DNA from: a virus
Lineage: Duplodnaviria; Heunggongvirae; Uroviricota; Caudoviricetes
Length of the DNA stretch: 14,686 nt
IMG/VR virus record: IMGVR_UViG_3300027887_000330
Strand: one strand, 5' to 3'
Part shown: positions 8,453-14,686 of the stretch, one piece after another
Position numbering within the stretch: position 1 is the stretch's first letter
How the letters are laid out: every line of letters starts with the position of its first letter
The notes under the pieces: model-generated
Told to the model about the DNA's origin: nothing
Database searches by the model: none
Seen by the model: only the letters and a program-made list of their open reading frames with translations
Program-made: the position numbers and the translations under genes

Positions 8453-9037
8453 GTGGTGGCATTATCAGACTTTAGTTTTGTATGGAAGGCAGTCCGGGAG
8501 AGAACCCCTCTTCCTTTTGATCGTGGTATGTACTTATATAATTGGGTTAGAGAGACCCTTCCTTTGGAAGGCGATATGGCTGAGTGCGGAACATTTAAGG
8601 GAGGATCTGCAAAACTCATTTGCCGGGCCGCCCAACACATGAAAAAATTACACATATTCGATACCTTTGTGGGTATACCAGTAGAGCAAAGAAATGAGGG
8701 GGAGCACCGCGTTGGTGACTTCACTTGTAGTAGAGAGGAAGTCGTAGCTTTTTTGGAGGACTGCCCAAATATACAGATCTACGAAGGGCTGGTACCAGAT
8801 ACTTTAGAGGCAGTAAAAGATCTTACTTTCAGCCTAGTTAATCTTGACATGGATATATATGTGCCCACGATTGCTGCTTTACATTTCTTTTGGCCCAGGA
8901 TGACCTCGGGCGGTATAATTGTCTTAGACGATGTGACGGGGTTATACAGTATCACCCTTGCGCTGAATGAGTTTAAAGAACAATACGGTGTGGAAATTGT
9001 CCATACAACTAACGATCAAGCTATCATAAGGAAATAG
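8453..9037 (+). CDS. TylF/MycF/NovP-family sugar O-methyltransferase, paralog 2
   Basis: LEGDMAECGTFKGGS, FDTFVG, LDMDIY, FFWPRMTSGGIIVLDD. GTG start after AGGAGG. Confidence 0.9.
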   Translation: MVALSDFSFVWKAVRERTPLPFDRGMYLYNWVRETLPLEGDMAECGTFKGGSAKLICRAAQHMKKLHIFDTFVGIPVEQRNEGEHRVGDFTCSREEVVAFLEDCPNIQIYEGLVPDTLEAVKDLTFSLVNLDMDIYVPTIAALHFFWPRMTSGGIIVLDDVTGLYSITLALNEFKEQYGVEIVHTTNDQAIIRK

Positions 9038-9045
9038 GAGATAAT

Positions 9046-10014
9046 ATGAAAGTATTAGTAACAGGCGGGGCTGGTTATATAGGCTCGGTTTTAGTAGAAA
9101 GGCTTATGAAGATAACTGGGACCATTCATCCGGCTGTATCCCAGCTCACAGTAGTAGATAATATGAATCGAAAGCAAAACACTATGGGTAGATTCTGTAA
9201 TGACCCAAGATTTAGATTCTTTAAAGCTGACATTCTCAGCGCACCACAGCTTATGGAAGAGCTATATATGGATCACGATGTGATCATTCCTTTGGCCGGA
9301 GTTGTAGGGGCACCTCAATGTGCCCACAAGTCCTATCAAGCCTGGGGATTGAATCACGCTGTGGTAACTGACATGATGGCAGATGTCAGCGGCCGCGGTG
9401 TCAAGGTAATCTATCCATGCACCAATAGCGGCTACGGATCTAGACCTGACGGGACCCCTGTAACAGAAGAAGATAAACTCAATCCCTTGTCTGTCTACGG
9501 CCAATCCAAAGTTAGGGCTGAGAGAGAGGTCTTAAAGTTTGGGGGAGTAAGTCTGAGATTAGCTACAGTCATGGGCTGGTCTCCTTGCATGAGATTAGAT
9601 CTTTTGGTAAACGATTTCACTTGGAAGGCGGCTAAGGAAAGAACCCTGGTGCTTTTTGAAAAGAATTTTAAACGTAATTATGTTCATATCAATGACGTAG
9701 TAGAAGCATTCCTTTTTGCCATACTAAATTATGACAAAATGAAGGGTCAAGCCTACAACCTGGGTAATCCTAGCTCTAATATGAGTAAACTAGAGTTAGC
9801 TAACACTATAGCTAAATACACTGAGCTCCACATCGTTGAAGCCCCGTTTATGGAAGACCCTGACAAACGAGACTATGTAGTAAGCAACGAGAAAATAGAA
9901 TCCTTGGGCTTTAGGACCAACTGGACGATTGATATGACAGTTCACCAGCTGCTCAAGTTTTACAAGACTATAACTCTAGATTCTGCCAATGTATTCTACG
10001 AAAATTGGGCATGA
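9046..10014 (+). CDS. NAD-dependent nucleotide-sugar epimerase/dehydratase (extended SDR)
   Basis: MKVLVTGGAGYIGS (GxxGxxG), YGQSK (YxxxK), SLRLATV, RNYVHINDV. Confidence 0.92.
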   Translation: MKVLVTGGAGYIGSVLVERLMKITGTIHPAVSQLTVVDNMNRKQNTMGRFCNDPRFRFFKADILSAPQLMEELYMDHDVIIPLAGVVGAPQCAHKSYQAWGLNHAVVTDMMADVSGRGVKVIYPCTNSGYGSRPDGTPVTEEDKLNPLSVYGQSKVRAEREVLKFGGVSLRLATVMGWSPCMRLDLLVNDFTWKAAKERTLVLFEKNFKRNYVHINDVVEAFLFAILNYDKMKGQAYNLGNPSSNMSKLELANTIAKYTELHIVEAPFMEDPDKRDYVVSNEKIESLGFRTNWTIDMTVHQLLKFYKTITLDSANVFYENWA

Positions 10015-10055
10015 ACTTAATTCGAGAAGCGTTGTCTTATAGGAGACGGAGGTAA
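10011..10055 (+). CDS. Possible 14-aa mini-ORF (MNLIREALSYRRRR)
   Basis: ATGA overlap with the epimerase stop; fills the only gap here; its TAA lies inside the GGAGGTAA RBS of the next gene. No strong RBS of its own. Confidence 0.25.
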   Translation: MNLIREALSYRRRR

Positions 10056-10059
10056 TCAA

Positions 10060-10380
10060 ATGGATTTTGATGTAATAAATTTTAGTAATTGTTGTATGAA
10101 AGCCCGCCGTATCGTGATAGATTATGAAGACAAAGGTTGGATTGATCTTCTGGACATGGATAGAGTGATATGCGGAGAGCAAGTAATAGACATAAGAGAC
10201 TGCCGTGACTGTCCTGACCACACAATGCAAAGTGAAGAAGGTGTAGGCGATGGTCTAATCAGAACTTGGCTTGATCATTCAGTATTTTGGAGGATGCACA
10301 ATGAAGACAATGGTCACGAGCGGAACCGCCCTGAGGATAATCAAGAACGAAACACTGCTTTGTCAGAACTGCCTGAGTAG
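10060..10380 (+). CDS. Hypothetical protein (acidic, Cys-containing)
   Basis: Strong GGAGGT RBS; CRDC motif; C-terminal tail overlaps the next gene by 80 nt. Confidence 0.6.
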   Translation: MDFDVINFSNCCMKARRIVIDYEDKGWIDLLDMDRVICGEQVIDIRDCRDCPDHTMQSEEGVGDGLIRTWLDHSVFWRMHNEDNGHERNRPEDNQERNTALSELPE

Positions 10381-10570
10381 TGGCCCCGGCCCCAATGAGG
10401 AATCTATACAGTGTTTCCTCAACCCGGAGCCCAAAGTAAAGCATAAAACCCAGTTCTGCACACAAGGCAAATGGATTATCAACGGAGAGGTTATGAACTT
10501 CAACGAGGGTTTCCAGAAGGTGTATAATAAGGATAACTCCCTGGGGGAAAATAAAGAAATCAAAATATAG
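10301..10570 (+). CDS. Hypothetical Cys-containing protein (CxxC...C...C)
   Basis: In frame with the tracked ORF 10271..10570. ATG 10301 follows GGAGG (10289-10293) at 7 nt spacing. CQNC...QCFLNP...FCTQGKW. Confidence 0.6.
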   Translation: MKTMVTSGTALRIIKNETLLCQNCLSSGPGPNEESIQCFLNPEPKVKHKTQFCTQGKWIINGEVMNFNEGFQKVYNKDNSLGENKEIKI

Positions 10571-10579
10571 GAGAGGGAC

Positions 10580-10918
10580 GTGGAGAGGTATAATTATCAT
10601 ATACCAGCGCCTTGGGCAAACCAAGGCGAGTTTACGGCACTGTGTAAGAAATACGGAAGAGATTTAGCAGATGCTATGTATCATCAGCATTTCATGCATC
10701 TTATCCTAAAGAAGCTGGGTGTTATTGAAATAACAAAAGAAGAATGGGATGAGTTTGATCCGGAAGAGATATTTACGGTATCAAGAGAAGACTTATATGA
10801 GGGCCGGTATAGGTTTGTCTTAGCCGTTGACAAGAACGTCGAATCAAAGATCCAGGATAAGAACAAAGAGTATTATGTTTCATACCCTAGGATTGAGACA
10901 GAACCAATGTGTGATTAA
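10580..10918 (+). CDS. Hypothetical protein
   Basis: GTG start after TAGGAG, which contains the upstream stop; fills the operon gap; no recognised motif. Confidence 0.65.
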   Translation: MERYNYHIPAPWANQGEFTALCKKYGRDLADAMYHQHFMHLILKKLGVIEITKEEWDEFDPEEIFTVSREDLYEGRYRFVLAVDKNVESKIQDKNKEYYVSYPRIETEPMCD

Positions 10919-10927
10919 GGAGAGGCA

Positions 10928-11968
10928 ATGTCGGACAAAGGAAAGAAAAGGGGGATTCCTTACTGGAGGAAGATCCTAGTAACCGGTGACACAGGTTTCC
11001 TGGGCCACCACATTGTTCCAGAACTAGAGAAAAAGTATAGCATGGCGCATGTAATCCGGCCACAGGGAACCATGTTCTTCGATCTAACCAATCCCAGGGC
11101 TGTGGAAGTGCTGTTTAATTCAATAGTAAATAATCCGTATGAGCCGGGCGCACTAGACGTAGTAGTTAATTTGGCCGCGCTATCCGGGGGTATCCAGGAT
11201 AATACAGAAAGGCAAGCGTCGTACTGGTACCAAAATACTATGATAAATGCCAACATTATAGAGCAGTCGGCTTTGCGTAAGTATGGGGTGAGTAGGCTTA
11301 TTCAATTTATGGGAGGCTGTTCCTACCCTAACGAGGTAGGCAGATCTACTCCGTTCAAAGAAGAGGAATTATGGAGTGGTCTTCCTGTAGAAAGCTCTCT
11401 GGGATATAGCGCGGCTAAGAAAATGAACGTGATCTCCGCCTTTGCTTACGAGAAACAATTTGGGCTAAGGACCACGGTGCTGGTACCTACAAACTTGATT
11501 GGCCCTTGGGATAATTTCTCAGAGCAACAGTCCCACGTAGCCCCTGCCTTGATCAGAAGGTTTATAGAGGCCAGGGACGAGGGGTATGAGACTGTAACGG
11601 TGTGGGGCTCAGGTAAGCCCATACGTGACTTCATTTACGCAGGTGACGTGGCTCGTTATCTCCCTTACTTCATTGATAACAACGCAGGAATAGGCCCCTA
11701 TAATATATCCACCGGCAAGGGGACATCCATTGCTGAGTTAGCTGAGATGATAGCTCATGAGACAAAGTTCAAAGGTAAGATACACTTTGATAGAACCAAG
11801 CCAGACGGCCAGATGTTTAAGACTTTAGACAATACAAAGCTTCTAGAATTTTTGAATACCAATTACCCCAACGTCTCTATAGGAGCTATCTCAAAAATGA
11901 TAACCCCGTTAGACGAGGCCATAGCCACCACTGTAGAGTGGTATGAGAAAAGGGTGCTAGGAAGATGA
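10928..11968 (+). CDS. fcl: GDP-L-fucose synthase-like epimerase/reductase (Fcl/WcaG family), variant active site
   Basis: ILVTGDTGFLG, VVNLAALSGGI, MINANII, GGCSYP, YSAAKK, SHVAPALIRRF, VWGSGKPIRDFIY, KPDGQ. Confidence 0.85.
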   Translation: MSDKGKKRGIPYWRKILVTGDTGFLGHHIVPELEKKYSMAHVIRPQGTMFFDLTNPRAVEVLFNSIVNNPYEPGALDVVVNLAALSGGIQDNTERQASYWYQNTMINANIIEQSALRKYGVSRLIQFMGGCSYPNEVGRSTPFKEEELWSGLPVESSLGYSAAKKMNVISAFAYEKQFGLRTTVLVPTNLIGPWDNFSEQQSHVAPALIRRFIEARDEGYETVTVWGSGKPIRDFIYAGDVARYLPYFIDNNAGIGPYNISTGKGTSIAELAEMIAHETKFKGKIHFDRTKPDGQMFKTLDNTKLLEFLNTNYPNVSIGAISKMITPLDEAIATTVEWYEKRVLGR

Positions 11969-12126
11969 GCCCAGGACCATGGTCTAACCATCCCCATAAA
12001 AGGGAGAATATGAGTCCCCGAGCGGATTATAAATATGCAATAACACCAGAAGAGGTGGACGATTTATTTGTGCGTAGTTTAATAAAACGCGCTCCGTTTT
12101 TTATACAAGGGTGGGACTTGTTGTGA
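11965..12126 (+). CDS. Small hypothetical protein, 53 aa (or 38 aa from ATG 12010), not in the ORF track
   Basis: MSPGPWSNHPHKRENMSPRADYKYAITPEEVDDLFVRSLIKRAPFFIQGWDLL. ATGA overlap at the 5' end and GTGA overlap at the 3' end; the internal ATG 12010 has a GGGAG RBS. Confidence 0.55.
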   Translation: MSPGPWSNHPHKRENMSPRADYKYAITPEEVDDLFVRSLIKRAPFFIQGWDLL

Positions 12127-12629
12127 TTGAGGCACATCTAAATTACTTAAGATTCTTAGTGAAACATAAGTATTGGGTGATTAAGGTGGGTCGCAAGATG
12201 GGCCTGCCCTGGTATAGGGTGCTCAAACATGACCTCTCTAAGCTTCTTCCTTCAGAGTGGTTCGGCTACGTCAAATGGAAGAATGAGCAGGTCCGACACG
12301 GGGGCGGGGGCATACAGAATGATCGTGATTTCGGCTGGCCCTGGTTTTTACACATGAAACGGAACGACCACCATTGGCAGTACTTCATTTACACAAACGA
12401 TAATGGACAAACTTACCCTATTGAAATACTAGAGCCACAGAGGACAGAAATGCTGGTGGATTGGGCCTCCGCTGGGATTGTCCGATTTGGAGAGCCGGGA
12501 ATGCTCAAATACTACAAAGCAAACAAAGACAGAATGATTTTTCATCCCACCACTAGATTGTGGGTGGAGGCTACGTTAGAAGCAGTGGAGTTAGCCTATG
12601 CTAGTTGTGAGGGATCCTCACGAGTATAA
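12123..12629 (+). CDS. DUF5662-like protein (HD-like motif; family commonly seen in phages)
   Basis: KHKYWV...HDLSK..PSEW..Y...HMKRNDHHWQY...EMLVDW pattern. Start placed at GTG 12123 (GTGA overlap), in frame with the tracked 12111. Confidence 0.7.
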   Translation: MIEAHLNYLRFLVKHKYWVIKVGRKMGLPWYRVLKHDLSKLLPSEWFGYVKWKNEQVRHGGGGIQNDRDFGWPWFLHMKRNDHHWQYFIYTNDNGQTYPIEILEPQRTEMLVDWASAGIVRFGEPGMLKYYKANKDRMIFHPTTRLWVEATLEAVELAYASCEGSSRV

Positions 12630-12636
12630 TGCTTTG

Positions 12637-12801
12637 ATGGCAGAATACAATTCTTGTTTGATAGAAGAGTTACTCAGAGCGCTCCGGAAATATCCGGGCC
12701 GCCCTAAGTATCTGAAGCTAGACCCTGGGCTTTACTTCAACGTAGACACCAGGGAGTTATGTATCGAACCAAAGGAAAGATGGAGGATAAAAGATGGATG
12801 A
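12637..12801 (+). CDS. Small hypothetical protein
   Basis: In frame with the tracked 12598..12801. ATG 12637 avoids overlap with the upstream gene; start uncertain. Confidence 0.5.
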   Translation: MAEYNSCLIEELLRALRKYPGRPKYLKLDPGLYFNVDTRELCIEPKERWRIKDG

Positions 12802-12994
12802 GGGTATAAAATACTATAATTCCATGTATAATAGGACTACGGACTTTATGTTGGCCGATGGAGTAAATATCTGGGTTCCTACTGGAAGAGGATTCTTTTT
12901 CCCTAATTGGGATTGGACTGATGCCCCTTATAGAAAAGGAAGTGATCAGGAAGTCAACGAAACGGGGGAGCCCGAAGAATGGCGAATGCAATAA
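12794..12994 (+). CDS. Small hypothetical protein (aromatic/acidic)
   Basis: GGAGG RBS upstream; 8-nt overlap with the previous ORF. Confidence 0.55.
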   Translation: MDEGIKYYNSMYNRTTDFMLADGVNIWVPTGRGFFFPNWDWTDAPYRKGSDQEVNETGEPEEWRMQ

Positions 12995-13833
12995 TAGGGA
13001 GTAATGGATTCATAGGTAGTCGCCTAAAATGGTATGCCGATAATTTCTTGGAAGAAGAATGGATAGGGATAACCAGAGAAAATTATGAACTATGGAAGGG
13101 CCACCGGTTTGACACAGTGATATGGGCTGCCGGGACGTCTCGAAAAGGCGCAGAAGATGTGTTTAAAATCAATACTCGTGCCACCATGAAAGCATTAAGG
13201 GATTTTTCTGGTGCCAGCAAATTTGTTTATATATCTAGTCAGGCGGTATACCCCGAGGGCATGGGTAAAGAATACGACGAATTGTGGAGGTATATGTCTC
13301 CAACCCGCTTAGGTAAGTATGGTATCTCTAAGTATTACGGAGAAACAGCAGTTGAACTAGCTTATGAAAGAGGAGATGCTGGGAGTTACTTGATCATCAG
13401 ACCTAATGGTTTCGTGGGTCCCGGGCTAAAGAAGAATGTAATTTACTCTTTTGCTAAAGATCCCCCTGAACTATACTATACTTGGGATTCTAAGTTCCAG
13501 ATCATACATACTGATGTCTTTGCTGCTGTTGTTTTTATGTTAGCTAGTTCCTTCAGTGGTGAAATTTTCAATGTGACCTCCAATCAGGTTATAACTCCAA
13601 GAGACGTGGCCGCAGCACTAGGCATAGACATCAAGTCTGTTGTTCAACCAAAGGACAGGGTGCCGCCTTATGTTCATGCTGTTATGGATACAACTAAATT
13701 GGATACAATTCTGAAGGAGGCCAATATCACTCTACCGTCTACAGAGGAGGCCATCAGTAAGTGGAATGAGTCCTTTGAAGTACGAATGCCTGATCTGCAA
13801 AGCTCAGTGGGGCGATCCAGGGGCCGGAGATGA
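12979..13833 (+). CDS. NAD(P)-dependent epimerase/reductase (SDR, nucleotide-sugar type)
   Basis: AIIGSNGFIGS, FVYISSQAVY, YGISK, IIRP. Confidence 0.85.
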   Translation: MANAIIGSNGFIGSRLKWYADNFLEEEWIGITRENYELWKGHRFDTVIWAAGTSRKGAEDVFKINTRATMKALRDFSGASKFVYISSQAVYPEGMGKEYDELWRYMSPTRLGKYGISKYYGETAVELAYERGDAGSYLIIRPNGFVGPGLKKNVIYSFAKDPPELYYTWDSKFQIIHTDVFAAVVFMLASSFSGEIFNVTSNQVITPRDVAAALGIDIKSVVQPKDRVPPYVHAVMDTTKLDTILKEANITLPSTEEAISKWNESFEVRMPDLQSSVGRSRGRR

Positions 13834-14095
13834 TAATATCTCTCACGGCGTTTGTAGAAGATGCCTGAGAGAGCGTCAGAAGAATAGAGTATGGAATAGT
13901 CAAGCTAGACAAGGGTTCAGTCAGTGCTATTCTAAAGGTCATGATGACTGCACAGAGTACAAGTGTGCTCATTGGGGCAGTTGTTTAGATTACGTTATAC
14001 AGGAATGGGAAAAGGAAAACTTAAATGGCTACGGCGGAGAAAATAACTCCAACATTCAAGGTCGAAAAGAGACTACTGGCAGCAGGTTACTCTAA
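13766..14095 (+). CDS. Eight-cysteine metal-binding hypothetical protein
   Basis: CLIC-x18-CRRC (preceded by ISHGV), then C-x7-C-x4-C-x5-C. Overlaps both neighbours by ~70 nt. Confidence 0.6.
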   Translation: MSPLKYECLICKAQWGDPGAGDDNISHGVCRRCLRERQKNRVWNSQARQGFSQCYSKGHDDCTEYKCAHWGSCLDYVIQEWEKENLNGYGGENNSNIQGRKETTGSRLL

Positions 14096-14654
14096 GATAG
14101 CCGGAATAGACGAGGCTGGCCGCGGTCCCCTGGCGGGCCCAGTGGTTGCGGCGGCGGTCATCCTCAATCCGGAAGATATAATTGAGGGACTGAATGATTC
14201 TAAGGCCCTCTCTGAGAAGAAACGAGAAGTTTTATACGATGAGATTAAAGCCAGGGCTATAGCTGCAGAGTTTAGTATCGTTTCACATGACATAATAAAC
14301 AGCACTAATATACTAAGTGCTACCCTGACGGCCATGGCCAACGCTGTCAGACAGATCAATCCCATACCAGATTTTCTACTAATAGACGGAAACCAACCAC
14401 TCAAGAGTTTATCAATAATCCAAGATGCCATAATTGACGGGGACAAGTACTGTGTATCTATATCTGCGGCCAGCATCATTGCTAAGGTCACCAGGGATAG
14501 GTTGATGAAAGAACTAGATAAGAAGTATCCAGGCTATGGATTTGCACAGCACAAGGGTTATGGGACCAAGCAGCACAAGGAAGCGATACGGAACCTGGGA
14601 CCCTGCGATATACACCGGGTGAAATTTGGGGGAGTAAAAGAGTATGTCAAGTGA
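14025..14654 (+). CDS. rnhB: Ribonuclease HII
   Basis: AGIDEAGRGPLAGPVVAAAVIL, LNDSK, LIDGN, GD....SISAASIIAKVTRD, YGFAQHKGYGT..H, HR. Confidence 0.97.
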   Translation: MATAEKITPTFKVEKRLLAAGYSKIAGIDEAGRGPLAGPVVAAAVILNPEDIIEGLNDSKALSEKKREVLYDEIKARAIAAEFSIVSHDIINSTNILSATLTAMANAVRQINPIPDFLLIDGNQPLKSLSIIQDAIIDGDKYCVSISAASIIAKVTRDRLMKELDKKYPGYGFAQHKGYGTKQHKEAIRNLGPCDIHRVKFGGVKEYVK

Positions 14655-14686
14655 GATGCCTATCATCGACGACAGTAATGAAGCTG
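14644..14686 (+). CDS. Start of next ORF, partial (MSSEMPIIDDSNEA...)
   Basis: In-frame ATGs at 14644 and 14656 overlap or adjoin the rnhB stop; frame is open to the window end. Too short to identify. Confidence 0.35.
   Translation, partial: MSSEMPIIDDSNEA

Larger units (their letters stand above)
623..14654 (+). promoter_or_regulatory. Translationally coupled operon-like gene run
   Basis: Start/stop overlaps: ATGA at 1357, 2569, 3120, 10011, 11965; TAATG at 6156; TGATG at 7707; GTGA at 12123. Stops embedded in the next RBS: TAGGAG at 8441, 9035, 10568; TAAGGAG at 10916. No clear intrinsic terminator seen. Confidence 0.75.

Noticed and set aside
629-9037. Methyltransferases as DNA (restriction-modification) methylases
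   Set aside because: No DPPY/NPPY or PC catalytic motifs; the motifs match small-molecule/sugar O-methyltransferase families.
12084-12102. Hairpin aaaacg-cgctc-cgtttt followed by T's as an intrinsic terminator
   Set aside because: Stem is only 6 bp and mostly A-T, and it lies inside a coupled small ORF.
556-14491. Remaining tracked - strand ORFs (556, 2036, 2239, 3302, 8410, 9262, 9976, 10259, 10363, 10684, 10960, 11446, 12737, 13754, 14087)
   Set aside because: All lie antisense to well-supported, coupled + strand genes and show no recognisable motifs.
330-14654. Alternative genetic code (stop-codon reassignment, as in some large phages)
   Set aside because: Recognisable enzymes are full length in the standard code, and TAA, TGA and TAG all end genes at sensible points.
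1-14686. CRISPR arrays, tRNA/rRNA, IS elements, integrase, tandem repeats
   Set aside because: None seen by eye; the only repeats are diverged paralogous coding segments. A tRNAscan/Infernal run was not possible, but there is almost no intergenic space.

Overview
Almost the whole window (about 330-14686) is one tightly packed, translationally coupled + strand gene run. It encodes a soluble sugar/glycan-tailoring toolkit: six SAM-dependent methyltransferases (one 5'-truncated, three Methyltransf_24-like including a paralog pair, two TylF/MycF-like paralogs), an adenylyl-sulfate kinase (CysC), a PAPS-dependent sulfotransferase, a large GT2-GT4 fusion glycosyltransferase, a GT17 (MGAT3-like) glycosyltransferase and three nucleotide-sugar SDR enzymes, one of them a GDP-L-fucose-synthase homologue with an altered active site. 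These are interleaved with many small hypothetical and Cys-rich ORFs, a DUF5662-like protein and an RNase HII. No flippase, polymerase, ABC exporter or membrane protein is visible. This architecture suggests a large phage or mobile-element glycan methylation and sulfation island rather than an ordinary O-antigen or capsule locus, but that is inference because the window has no virion hallmark gene. The first ~330 bp are different. They encode, on the - strand and missing from the ORF track, an internal fragment of a long-chain acyl-CoA synthetase (YTSGTTGNPKG motif). It abuts head-to-head with the 5'-truncated methyltransferase, marking a recombination or assembly junction at ~310-331. All family calls come from motif recognition by eye; no database search was run.
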